A model generated the notes under the pieces. It was not told the DNA's origin. It made no database searches and worked only from the letters and a program-made list of their open reading frames with translations. A DNA stretch of 60,819 nt, counting the filler, from Sphacelaria rigidula (taxonomy: Eukaryota), in the NCBI GenBank assembly GCA_964200075.2. It is 7 parts of 7 records of this genome, joined end to end, with 100 filler letters (N's around TTAATTAATTAA, not from the genome) between each part and the next. Parts side by side here need not be neighbours in the genome. Positions count along the whole stretch, not along the records: positions 43,516 to 52,117 come from CAXNAA020010628.1; positions 52,218 to 60,819 come from CAXNAA020010629.1; 5 more parts are not named here. One strand, 5' to 3'. The position numbers were made by a program, and so were the translations under genes. Positions 48,291-60,546 of the stretch are shown here, in pieces. Position 1 is the stretch's first letter. Every line of letters begins with the position of its first letter.

Positions 48291-49277
48291 GGAGAGGTTG
48301 CAAAGGGGAATGCTGTGGACGTGGTGTGGCGAAAAGGAGTATCCAACATCGAGGTAGCAGCAGTTATGAAATGGAATTAACGTGAGATCAAAGGGTATGA
48401 TTCATATACCCTTTGCGTGAGAATAATACACGTGCGGTGCAGTGCAACTACTATCGCCATCATCCAGCGATCAGGGGGATACCCCCCCCCATGAAATCGG
48501 GTACCCCCCCCCTCCTTCGACCCCATAATGAGGTTTTGCGGCCTGGGCGTCGGTGGTGCAGCCATTCCCGATATGGGGCCCCTCGCTGAATACCTTCGCT
48601 GGATACGACGGCAAGAAATAGTGAGCGTGCCGTCGTTCTCGTCTGAACACAGTATCGCTGTCCCCTGAACGCAGACTAATGCACACAACTGATGTTTGCT
48701 TAGTGTTCCACAACAGCACTGCAGACAGCGTGAAGCTATGCTGGTAACATTAGACGGGCCACGCAGGCACTACTCGTATAGTTCACCACTTGGGAGGGTG
48801 CTATGGTTGATTTTCAGTCCGACTTGATTTTAGTGTGGACACAGAAATCCAGATCTTGAATGGGGCTGTGCTCCAAGTGTGCTCCTCGTTGAATGCATCT
48901 GGGGTGTGGCATGCTCACCATCCTGACCGATCACCTTTATCACAATGGTCACTCTGCTCCTCTAGGGCCTCGGTCCTAGCCTACAACTTTCCGTGGGAAA
49001 CTTCCACAACACGTATGGTTGACTTCGTGAACTTGTCGGCTGTTCTGCGAACAGCCCCCCACCCCTTGTCAAACACCACCCTCCATTCCCTGGAAACCCC
49101 CGAACGTCCCTGGACTGTCAGCCGGTGAAATTGCTCCGAGGCGACACTCGCGAAGGGTTGAGGACGTCTCACTCACACGACTCAAACAGCAACCAAAGGT
49201 AGGCCGAGAACCCCTCGAGCAAGGCGGGTGCGTACAGTGCGTTAGGCCAAGCGTGCGTTCGCAGAGCTGAAGCCTTC

Positions 49278-49735
49278 GACCCATTTCATAGAAACGAATC
49301 TCGATCTGTATAAATATGAGGATTTCAGCCCGTCTACAGGCGATTTTCTCCCGTGGATTGATTTTCGGACCCCGGTCCGTTGGGTAATGTTTTTCGCGTC
49401 GCTGTGAGCAAACCACATCAATTCTCCGATTTTCTGGGCGTTGACTTTCGATACATCACTTTTCTGTTGAAATCGGGACACTCCCGTATCTCCTCCGTTT
49501 TTTTTTTTCAAATCGGAGGAGATGCGGGAGTGTCCCGATTTGGGCAGAAAGGTGGTGAACAAAGCGTCAACGTCCAGAGAGTCGGAGAATTTATATGGTT
49601 TGCTCACTGTGAGGCGAAAAACATTGCTCAACGGACTGGGTTCCGAAAAATTATTCCACGGGAGAAAATCGCCTGGGGACGGGCTGAAATCCTCATATTT
49701 GTACAAATCGAGATTCGTTGCCACAAAAGTGGGTC
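49278..49735. mobile_element. ~460-bp fold-back element (near-complete palindrome)
   Basis: Arms pair from gacccattt / aagtgggtc inward to ctcctccg / cggaggag around a short T-rich loop near 49505. Confidence 0.85.
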
Positions 49736-50128
49736 TTTAAGGCCGCGTCGCGGGTACGAGAGGGGATTTTTGAGGAGAAATGAACATTGTTCTTGGGACT
49801 TATTTCAATTTTTCAGCTCAATTTGTAAAATTATGATTTGAAACTTAGCATGGAGAACGCCCGAATCTCTCCCCTCCTCAAAAAAATGGGCCTTCATTTA
49901 TTTATTTTCTTAGAGAGGTTCGGGCGTTCTTGTAAAACAATTGTCGTTACCACACAAAAACGCCCTAAACCAGTGAAAAACAAAAAACGAAAAAAATTGA
50001 CCCACTGAGTTGTGTTGATTATGCCCTAGCGAGGGCCCACACAAAATTTCAATACACAAAAAACACACGTGGGCCGGTGAGTGGCCTGCGAAATAATGTT
50101 CCAAATTTCTACCGACCCGATTTTTGAA

Positions 50129-50401
50129 AGGCGAATGCGCCGGCCAATATTTAGAGTTTGAGGGTAAAATTCGGTATGGACAATGCATGTGGCATACAAA
50201 AAGATATGATACACCGGAAGGTGTTTTTGTTTTTTTCGTGAGTTAAGGGCAACAATCAGTTTTCAGGTATCAGTAAAATGCCCTTAACTCACGAAAAAAA
50301 CAAAAAAAAACTTCTGGTGCTTCTTCTTTTTACTATGCCCCATACGTTGTCCATACCAAATTTTACGCTCCAACTCTAAATATTGGCCGGCGCATTCGCC
50401 T
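50129..50401. repeat. Inverted repeat, ~123-bp arms, 27-nt spacer
   Basis: aggcgaatgcgccggccaatatttagagtt ... cgtgagttaagggca / tgcccttaactcacg ... aactctaaatattggccggcgcattcgcct. Confidence 0.85.
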
Positions 50402-50512
50402 GCAAACTTCAAATCCGCCTCCACGCTGGCCCAGCTCGCATACTCTTTCAAGTGAAATTGAGGCCGATCAAGCAGGTGACCTACCGTCACGGTGTGATGT
50501 TGTGTGTTAAAG

Positions 50513-50866
50513 GTGTATGTTGTCGTCCCATCTATTCTGGACGCAGGTCTTACACCTTCCGGTAAATGTGGGCGCATCAGCCGCGGTCATAGAGAAGGAA
50601 GGTCAACACAGAAGTTTTTTCTTCTTTGATTGTTTTAGTACTCGACCTTCCTTCTGAGGTGATTGTTTGTTTTTCATCGCGAAAGGGGTTCAGCAGTCCC
50701 CTTCTCTCGTCGACCAATAAGTCGATTTTTTTGTGTACCCGACATAGTTGATTTCCACTGTTGGGCATTGCGCGAGAAAAAATCCCAGATCACTCCAAGA
50801 TCCGAACCCACGACCCAGCCGTCAGAAGGTTTCGAGGTTACCAACTAAGCCACCGCGGCGACCGGC
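50513..50866 (-). mobile_element. tRNA-derived SINE family A, full length
   Basis: Minus-strand A-box TGGCTTAGTTGG and B-box GGTTCGGATC; body homologous to 32624-32985. Confidence 0.8.
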
Positions 50867-52048
50867 GACTCACAGTCGAGTAGTAGAACCGGCGCCGCCA
50901 ATGTGAACAAAAACGCGGGCTCACATGCTGAGCGAACCCTAGGGAACTGTGAACGCCGTGATTAAAACCATGTAGTTTCGTGAGTCGTTTTGGATCGTTC
51001 TCTGAATACTTTACAGCGCCATTTATTTTCATACATCATGATTTCGGTTGTTGAGCATTGCGTCGCCTACAAACTACTCCGTAGAGTCCGCCCCAGGTCA
51101 GCTCCCCAAATCCATGGTTGAAAATGTATGGTTTTCGTGAGGCCGAAGTTATTCCATGAGAACAGGTACAAAGTGACCGTGGGATATCTACCTGGGACGT
51201 TTTTTATTTTCTTTGAAACTGTGCAGCTGGAAAGTCTAGCATATGCTTTGTCCTGTATTTAATGGGGACACAGCGGGCAATTTTACGAAATACGATCCAA
51301 CAACAAAATACCCTGCGGTCTCTTTTGTGCTCTTCTTCCTATATTATCGGTTTCTTAGACACAACATGACTTCGAGTTTTGAGCATTCCGCTGCCTGCAC
51401 CCTCGGAAATTGGTGATCAATACGAGAGATCGGGACAAACGTTATCCGAATTTCCAGGCGTCATACTGTAGCGTAAACGACGTTACTACTACTGCGCGCT
51501 TCCAGTCTTGTAGTAACATGGTTGCACGTATCCCCCGGGACCGTCAGCCGAATTTTTTTACCGGACCGAGGCCTAACGCTGTAGTTCTCACTGTGCTGTT
51601 AGGCATCCAAACACTCTACGACGATCACGGTGCGGTGTGCACTGGACAATGCCTGAGCAGTTGTACTGCTGCATGCCGTGTTTCGGGCTGCACAGAATTG
51701 GGGTGGGATGAAGGTGCTGTCGAAACAAATAAAGGTTGAAACAATCGTCACGTGACGGCTGTACAGCTGTCTGTTGAGTCTTCTCTGGTACTTCAGTTAC
51801 AGTCGGGGGCTGTGATCGGGGAAGACACGCTAGGCGGGTGCGTGCAGGTTGGGACAAACAAACTGAGCCAGCGCGGAGCTGCTGTATCCTCGTTTATTGC
51901 CGGTAACAGCTGTCTGTGTCGCAGCGGCGCAATGTGTAGACCAATCACAGCTGCTTTTTGATCTACCTCCCCCTCATATCACTCATGTGATTGAAGAAAG
52001 GTCGCCGCATTTTGGTATATTTGAAGACTCTGATCGGTCGAGAAACCT

Positions 52049-52117
52049 TGTGTGTGTTTGTGTGTTGTCGTCCCATTTATTCTGGGCACCAGTCTACACC
52101 TTTCGGTGTATGTGGGT
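52049..52117 (-). mobile_element. SINE family A 3' end, cut by contig end
   Basis: gtgtgttgtcgtcccatttattctgggcaccagtctacacctttcggt. Confidence 0.7.
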
Positions 52118-52217
52118 NNNNNNNNNNNNNNNNNNNNNNNNNNNNNNNNNNNNNNNNNNNNTTAATTAATTAANNNNNNNNNNNNNNNNNNNNNNNNNNN
52201 NNNNNNNNNNNNNNNNN
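52118..52217. other. Artificial contig linker
   Basis: Same 100-bp spacer. Confidence 0.97.
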
Positions 52218-52397
52218 CCCCCCCCCCTCCCGCGCCGCCTCGAAAGGGATGCGTGGTCAATGGTCAAATGCCTAAGGCAACCAAGAAATGAATCCGCCCC
52301 CCCCCCCCTCCCGCGCCGCCGCCGCCGCTGCCACCTTTCCCACTATTTGCATGCTTGCGTCATCGCATGGAAACGCAAAAAAAAAAAAACCCGACAG

Positions 52398-52550
52398 AAT
52401 TGTCTGATGGAGAAATGCTTCCTCTTCGATGTGGTGTCGAGGATCTACCTGGCGACCGATCTGAATCCTGTGGACATGTCCTCCTACGAGCTATGCTGTG
52501 ACATGATCGATCTCGTCGTCGACGTGTCCGGCATATACGGTTCCAAGGAG
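52398..52550 (+). CDS. RRAGC: Rag GTPase C/D (Gtr2) internal exon
   Basis: gacag acceptor, GAG|GTAC donor, 51 codons; [48 protein letters not shown] matches the conserved EK.FLFDV.SKIY.ATD..PVD...YELC.DMIDV..D.S.IYG. Confidence 0.92.
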
Positions 52551-54178
52551 GTACATGTGAGTCAAGTTCTGGTTTTTGGTTCTGGTTCTGGTTCTGGTTT
52601 TTAGTTTTGATCTGTTTTGTTCTTGTAGTGTTCAGTGTCCCCTTGGGAAATGATCATTCCACGGCGGACGGGCGGGAGAGGGGGGGTGGGGGGGCGAGGA
52701 AAAGAGGAAGGGAAGGAACGTGTCCCGAAATGTTGCCCAAGAATGACAGCCACTATCTGACGTCGATTTTTTTGTATCTTGTGTTCCTGTTGTTTTTCTG
52801 TTCATTAGTTTTTATTTCTTTATTTTTCTTCATTTCATTTTTTTTTCATTTTTATTTATCATCATTGAGGTTTGGAGTAGTTTATTTTTGGTTTTGTTTT
52901 GGTCTATTTTATCATCCAATTATTTATTTTTTGTAGTTTCGTTTCCGCCCTCCGATGCCACTCAATGGTATATGATAGAAAAGAGCTCATGAGTGTGTCA
53001 GATGACCCCCTCACTTTCGCGGCGTTCTTGGATTTGGGCAAAAACAGTGTCAATCAGTATAAATGAGCCTTAGTTATCGGTAACAAGCGCGTTCGAACAA
53101 CCGTTGCTGCTTTCAACGACGATTTGAAGTAGATTTTCGTGGAAGAAATGATCCAAAATACCCCCCATCACCCATGAGGCAGTGTGTAAGCCGTGACCGT
53201 CTCTGGAAGTGGCGATATCAGACGATAAAGGAACTCATTGTAGGCTGTCATCCAAATGCATGATAATCAGTACGCTTCGGGTCGAACAATTTTAGCCGGA
53301 TGCAGCTCACCCTTCATGCGGCTCGGCGAACACACCACGGCGCTTCGCGCTTGGTGNNNNNNNNNNCGGCGAAAACCCGGCGTGCTCCGTCCCGGCTTTG
53401 TACGGATGCGAGGTCAATGGTCTGATGACTACAAGCTGGTTCAGGTTGAATACCCAAAATATATTCCCCGGCTAATGACAAACGCAATACCCAGCCAATA
53501 TGCACAAATGTGGTATTATACTGACCGCAATGAACAGACGAAAAGGGAGACATAGCCAGGGTTTTGTTCAAGACTAGAGTGGTGGCGGCGCTATGGACAA
53601 AAATACGTCTCGAGCAATCAGCGCCTTTCAAATTATCCCGAAATTGAAGACACGAATTCCAAGCCCAATTTCCACCGAATCTCTACATGGTTTAAATCGT
53701 ATTAGTCGTCATCAGCTTGGGAATCTAACGGGATATACAGATTTGAAAACGGTTCCAACGGGGTCGAGTTTTGCCCCAAATCGTAATGTTTGGGTGATGT
53801 GGAGCTTTGGCGTCGTCTAAATTCCAGTCATGATTCGTACGAAAGACCCACGGAGCCTCGAGACGATTTCCCTTTTATCTGTTGGAGAAAAGTTCAGATC
53901 ATCCTCAAACTTGATAGATCCGCAGGTACTGATGCTCCAAATGGAAAAATTATATTCTTGGCGAAATTTCAAAGTTTCTCCGTTCTCTACCGGCTTCCGG
54001 TGGTCCCAGCATAAAGACCCCAGAAATCCGGTACAGAACATGTGTACCATTTTTCGTCGCTCAACTCGAAAAACTGAACCGGCTGGGTCTTTGCCGTGAA
54101 AACAGCCCCCCAAAAGGGCGATTCTGTACTTTAATCAAGTAAATACAGACTTTTTTATTCTTCAGCGCACGTTTTGGC

Positions 54179-54464
54179 ATTTCCTCACGCCGTTTTTTCG
54201 AGTTAGACCACGAAAATTTGCACATATGTTCTGGAGGGCACTATCTAAAACTCGAAGGCCATTTCTTTTTTTCAATTATTTTGTTGGTGGCTGTTTATCC
54301 AAGGTCGCGGTTGGCCTACTTGACCGCGGGAGGGGTCAGATCCCGACTATCGCGACACCAACAGAAAAAATGAAAAATAAACGGTCTTCGAGTTTTAGAT
54401 AGTGCCCTCAAGCACATGTGTGCAAATTTTCGTGGTCTAACTCGAAAAAATGGCGTGAGGAAAT
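54179..54464. repeat. Inverted repeat / MITE-like hairpin, ~110-bp arms
   Basis: atttcctcacgcc...tcgagttagaccacgaaaatttgcaca pairs with tgtgcaaattttcgtggtctaactcga...ggcgtgaggaaat. Confidence 0.85.
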
Positions 54465-54867
54465 CCCGGGGAACGAATTTTGGGTGTTCAATCTGAACCC
54501 GCTCGTATGGCACGCATGATCATGAGTACACCCCCTCCCCCCCCCCCCCCCCCTATCGTGGCGTAACTCTGGTCTACACGTCGCTGCGCCATTGTCGTCT
54601 AAATTAAGATGGGACATCAAAGGCCAGTTACACCGGAAGATTGCTGGTTCGAGCTCGTATTACCGCTTGATCCAATGACGATTGAACCCTTAGACCGCGA
54701 GGAGGGTACAGTAGTCCATCCGGATCATGCTTAGTTTTTCAAACGAGATTGATGCCGATTCAGCAGATTACCTACTCTCTCTGTCCAAGGGTTCAATTTA
54801 ACCCTTGGACCGCGAAGCGGGTAATCCATCTGGATCACGCATACGTTTTCCCAGTGAAATTGATGCC

Positions 54868-55541
54868 GCAAATTCCCTTCGAAGGGTATCAGCGTTGCGG
54901 CACGCATACATACCGTATAGTACAGTACAGTGCAGTACGCCTCTCCGGCAGCAGCAGCAGCTACCGCTGCATACTCCCTTACACGTGCTGGGCAATCCTC
55001 AGCTACCGAGATCAACTGCCTATATCCCGCTTTGTCTTCCCCGCCCACTACAGACATGTTGACTGCACACTGCAAGTCATCGGCAGAGGGATAAACAGAA
55101 TCCATGACGGTGGCTCCTTTTGTCTTTCCACGGCCCACCTGGGTTTAGTGCCTCGTGAAAATGACTACATTGTGGCATGTACACTCCTTCCCGGGTTTTT
55201 TCTGCTCCACTCTTGTTAGTGTAGTTACTACGGTTCAGTTTAGAATTGCAACTCCCCCCCGGAAAACTCGGGAACGCTATACTGAATGCAAGTAATACAG
55301 TAAAACCAAGCTTCGACCACGCTGCACTTGGAAACCTGGGGAGGCTTCTCTGGGCCAGAGATAGGGCCCCCACACGATCTTTGCAGTGGCATCACACCCG
55401 ACAACAATCCCCGCGCTGGTCGTTCGGGTCTAGTCGATAAATTGCGCCTCGCCTTGATTGGGCAGGTCGCTCGAAGACTTATTTTTTATTTTTTCACTAA
55501 CACAGGGTTGACCCTGTGTTAGTGGGGGGTCGGCCCCAAAA
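54868..55541 (-). repeat. Dispersed ~670-bp repeat, copy 2
   Basis: Inverted homolog of 29415-30090. Confidence 0.85.
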
Positions 55542-55913
55542 AATTTTACGACCACCTCCAGATTCGCCGCATTCCTGAACCTGCGTGAAGATGTGGGGTT
55601 CGATCTGTACGCTGGTCGATGGGATTCAGAACTGGTTGTTATGGGGCCAATCCCCTGCCAAAATGAGATTTGCAAAAGGGCACAATCCTCTTTGATGATA
55701 AGGGGGGCCCTAACGCTTACCCTAACCCTAACCCTTACCACAACCGAACGCGTACTGAGAATTCTCGGGCGAAGAGGGGTGCAGACGGAGCCCCAGGCAA
55801 TGTGTGCACGTTGGCAGGCCTCGAATCGGTGCCTGTGCCCGTGACGAAGCCAATTTGGACAAGAACGCCTCCTGCGCACGCTATTGTACTGTAGGAAGCC
55901 AAGGTTTGTAGCT

Positions 55914-56400
55914 CATGCAGGACAGACTTGCGTAGCTCGTGTAGCTCTCATAGCTCACCCAGGGCGAATATGAGCTGTTGAGCTACGGGTTGGTGGCTCA
56001 CCTAAGGCAAATATGGGTAGCTCGTGCAGCTATCATAGCTCACCCAGGGCGAATATGAGCTGATGAGCTACGGGTTGGTGGCTCACTCAGGGCAAATATG
56101 CATACTTCATGCAGCTCTCATAGTCCACCAAGGGCGAATATGAGCTGATGAGCTACGAGTTGGTAGCTCACCTAGGGCAAACATGCGTAGCTCATGTAGC
56201 TCTTACAGCTCACCCAGCAAAATTATGTGTAGCTCGCACAGCTCTTCTAGCTTACCCAGTGGAAACTTACACGGGTGAGCCAAACTCGATAACTCACCCA
56301 AGGTAAACATGTGTAACTCATACAGCTCTTAAAGCTCACCCAGAGAAAACATGAGTGGATGAGCTACGCCCGGTAGATCACCCTGGGAACAAATACTCAT
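55914..56400. repeat. Degenerate AGCT-rich tandem array (TE subterminal repeats)
   Basis: Recurrent catagctcacccagggcgaatatgagctgatgagctacgggttgg units of ~85-90 bp. Confidence 0.8.
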
Positions 56401-57277
56401 AGCGCACTCACGTCATGTGCCCAGCTAAGCCGATGTCGCTCATGATGAAACGTTCTTGTTCGAATGGACGTCGTAACGTATCATGAGGTTGTGGTTTTCT
56501 GCCTTGGCTTTCGTGGTGAGAAAAAAAGAGCTCAACACGAATCCTCGTTAGCCTGGTCGAATGGTTCAAAATATGAATGAGATTCGGTGTGTTTTAACAC
56601 TTGGACGGCGGTGCGGGTAGTCCATCTGGAGCATGCATACATTTTTCAAGTGAATTTTGATGCCGATTCAGCGCATGACATACCCTCGCGGTCAAGGGGA
56701 TCATATTCAACCAATTCATTGCTTATGACCGCTTGGCCGCGAGGGTACGAATCCATCTGGTCATGCATACTTTTTTTCGAGTGAAAGTGAAGCCGATTCA
56801 ACAGATGACCTGTGCTCGCCGTTGAAATGGTTGACCCTTTGACCGCGAGTGTGGGTGATCTGTATAATCAGCGTAATTATCACCAGTATTTTTTGGGTGT
56901 GGATGATGCCGATGTAGCTGATCCGCCTACCCTCGCGGTCAAAGGGTTGAGCAAATCAAATATTGCATGTGTGTTCACTTCCTCCACATCAACCGCTTGT
57001 TGTGGGGGATCCAGATCCATGCGGCATCATTTCCGACTGGAGCGTCGCTAGAGCTGCAGCCCCCCGGCGGTCGCCATTTGTAGGGCGAGTTGTGTGCGCG
57101 TGTGGTTGTGTGTGGGCGTAGTAGCTACGAAGGGGATGGCCTCTGATGCAGTCATTGTTGATGTTTACAAATGGCAACTCCATCACCGCACAAAACGGAA
57201 CACAGGTGCGTACACATGTAACCGTTTTCACGTATCAACGTGCATGAGCATCGGAACAGAAACAAATCCAAAATCGG

Positions 57278-57880
57278 CGTAGCTCTCGTAGCTATTTAGC
57301 TCAATCAGGGCAAACATCCACAGCTCATGTAGCTCTCCCAGCTTACCCAGGGCGAACATGCGCAGCTCATGTAGCTCTCATAGCTGATCCGGGACAAACG
57401 GGCGTAGCTCATGCAGCTCTCATAGCCCACGCACGGCGGATATGCGCTGATGAGCTAAGGGTTGGTGGCTCACCTCGGACAAACATACGTAGCTCATGTG
57501 GCTCTCATAGCCCACCAAGGGCGAGTATGAGCTGATGAGCTACGGGTTGGTAGCTCCACCTATGGCAAACATGCGTTGCTCGTCTAGCGTTCATAGCTCA
57601 CTCACGGCGAAAATGAGCTGATGAGCTGCGAGTTGGTAGCTCACCTATTAATAGCGCAAACATGCGTAGCTCATGCAGCTGTCAGAGCTCACCCAGGGCG
57701 AATATTTTTTGATGAGCTACGGGTTGGGAGCTCACCCATGGTAAACATGCGCAGCTCATGTTGCTCTTATAGCTCATCCAGGAAAACATGCGTAGCTCAC
57801 GTAGCTCTCATAGCTCAGTAGGGAGCTGCGCTGAAAAAGATCTAGCTCGAGCTTCAGGGAGCTGATGTATCCGACGTGTG
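57278..57880. mobile_element. AGCT-rich array ending in the CACACGTCGGA-family terminus
   Basis: 57780-57880 is the reverse complement of 10721-10820 and ends TCCGACGTGTG. Confidence 0.75.
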
Positions 57881-58102
57881 AGATGTTTGCTCGATAGTTG
57901 CAACAGAAAAATGTACTTCATGAAGTATAGGCTAATCGCAACTGTTGTCTAGAGACTTGGGCCCCAAAAAGAGACACGGATTGGTCCTCGAGACTGCTGC
58001 ATAGAGGCTCTTCTGTTTCATTTTTATATATACTCGTAGTAGTCAGCATCATAAGTCTTTGGAATTTGTATGATCTGGGCTAGCCAACAATTGGTGATTT
58101 TT

Positions 58103-58527
58103 TCGCTCAGGCGACGCACGACGTAAAATCAGGAGTTGGACGCTAAAATTTGGATAGCAGTTTTTAATGATCGACATGCAGAATATCACGTGAGCAGCAA
58201 AGAAAAAAAAGAAGAAACAAGGAAGTCATGGGGATTTGAAATTTCAGCTAAACAAGGTAATGCCATGAGTCCAGGAAAAAAATGAGAATCTGCAGCTGCT
58301 CACGGGACATAATTTTTTTTTGGGTGCAGAACGTCTTCGTGAAATTTCAGCTCAAGAGTCGTCGGATTGGGCCGTGCGTGCAACGTATTACGTTACGCTG
58401 CTGCACACCACTAATCCCAGTGCGGGGTGATTGCTGATGTGAACCCACCGCATTGAAAAAAAAAAGCACCCCGACACGCTATCGCCCACAGATATGAGGC
58501 GCACCCGTACTCTATGCAGTACAATAA
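58103..58527 (-). repeat. Dispersed repeat, copy 2 (inverted relative to 1-419, on a different contig)
   Basis: tcgctcaggcgacgcac ... tgatcgacatgcagaatatcacgtg ... ctctatgcagtacaataa. Confidence 0.85.
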
Positions 58528-59418
58528 CATCATCGGCAATACGACGCCAATCGAACAGCGACGCAGTCCTTTGCTATCAGGTGGCTCTGCAGTTCACAGT
58601 GATACGCTTACATTGGGTTGATTCGGGAAACTGGGGAAGCTGTGGTGTGAACAACTTTTAGCCGCTTTTGAGCTGGTCCAGCTCGTGGTTGTTACACTCA
58701 TTTGAGTTTTTCTCGAATACTCTTCTTCGTTTGTACTTGGAAGTGCTAGCGTCGGTAAATTTTAGGGGGGAAACGCATGCCGCGCTCAAGCCACAGTGCC
58801 CAAGTTGGTGTTTTGGGGGCGATTCGGACTACATACCCCGTTTATCAGGAGGGTGTTATTGACCATTTTTGGTACGAAAGAAACATTTTTCCGGCTCTTT
58901 CGCAACGAAACGGTAGATGGTTAAATGAATGAATACGTATGCAATTCTTCAAGAAAATGATCGGGAACGTCTTTCCCCCCTATACTGCACAGATCTCAGT
59001 CCAGCATTTTCTGTGTATGGCTTATTTTCGGGGATTTTTCGAATACTATTCTCCTTGAGCACTCAAAAGAGCTAGCTATCCTCGATAGTTTTGGCAAAAT
59101 AAGCAGATCGTGCTCAAATCACTGCGCCCAAGCTAGTGTTGTGGGAGCGATACGGAGAAAAAACCCCGTTCATCATGACGGTGTTATTGACCGTGAATGG
59201 TCCAAGAAACCCAGTTATCCGGCTCTAGCGCGGTGAAAAGGTGGCATTTAAAAAAATATGATCATTTTCATGTATTCGCATGTATGATCGGGATCAAGTC
59301 GGTCCACCGAAAATACCGAAAAGCTACAAACTAGGGTTGCACTTTCGCAGGACCCCCGAAGATCGATCAAGCCCATTATTCATTCAATATAGGTGGCAGA
59401 TTTTTTTTTCTTTCGATA

Positions 59419-59547
59419 CAGGCTGGGCTGCTTAAAACGCGGACAGGGATGTGAAAACGCGATTTAACAGCTGAGTTTCAGGCCATTTTCTATGACATTT
59501 TGACACGATGTACAGGATGTGTGCGCCTAGACGCCACTTTCCCCCCC

Positions 59548-59585
<38 letters not shown>

Positions 59586-60546
59586 CTTTTTCGAAGTTGT
59601 TCACGATTTTGTTCCGAAAAAACTGTTCTGAAATTTTTGGTCGCCGATAACTCACGGGGGGAAAAAATGTAGAGGGGGAAAAGTGGCGTCTTCTCACATA
59701 CATCATGTACATCGTGTCAGAATTTCATTGAAAACGACCTGAAACTCAGCTTTCGAATCGCGTGTTCGTGTCCAAGACTGCTTCCTATGTGGAGATGAAC
59801 CAGCCACGAAAAAATGAAACGCGGTTATGCTGTTGAATTCTAAGTATTTTTTCACGAAATTTCGACACGGTGCGCATGAGGTATGTTTTGAACTCCCTAT
59901 TGTCCCCCCTGGACATTTTTTTTTTTAATGAGTTGTCGACGCTTTTGCACCAGAGAAAAATGTTCCGAAATTTAGATCACCAATAACATACGAGGAAAAA
60001 AAAAAAAGAGGGGGCAAACGGTAGGGGCTTCACATATACCCCATGTATACCGTGTCAAAATTTCATGAAAAACAACTTCAAACTGAGCAGTGAAATCGCG
60101 TTTTTCTGCCGAGAACCGGTTCACTTGCTTGTAGAGTACAAAAACCTCAGCCGGAACTGTGACGTTTTTTACAAGCGCGACGCCTTGGCGCGCTGGAGGT
60201 CTCGTCTGCGTGCCATCTCAGACACTGCGCACCAACAGTACGACACGCCTTGTTGTAAACCACAACTGGTGCAGCACCATCACTTTGCGGCCGCGGCACA
60301 ACTGACTCTAACCGTTTCCCCCCCCTAATTCCGCCGCACATGCCACCCTCAACTCTCTAAACTTCGCAGCTGACTGCAGGTTGGTATTTCGCTTGATGGG
60401 AACTTGTCAGATCACAGTGCTACGTGAAGTGAAAGACGCGCGTTGATTTGCAGATTACCACGATGTGTCATAGTAGGCACAATTCGCGATAAATCATCAG
60501 TTAGAACCGGCTGGATGAAAGTCCGCTTCTTAGGCGGCCCAGCCTG
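59419..60546. mobile_element. ~1.1-kb non-autonomous TIR element with internal hairpin and (TA)n
   Basis: TA|CAGGCTGGGCTGCTTAA vs TTAGGCGGCCCAGCCTG (15/17 match); inverted arms 59455-59548 / 59673-59765. Confidence 0.6.

Noticed and set aside
51789-51837. LQSGAVIGEDTL as a cyclic-nucleotide-binding exon
   Set aside because: The match is too short and no supporting exons were found.
55914-57880. CRISPR-like repeat array
   Set aside because: Degenerate tandem units without unique spacers, no cas genes, eukaryotic context.
1-58527. Inverted repeats near both window ends suggesting a giant TIR element or endogenous virus
   Set aside because: The copies are on different contigs separated by artificial linkers and are clearly diverged; they are ordinary dispersed repeats.
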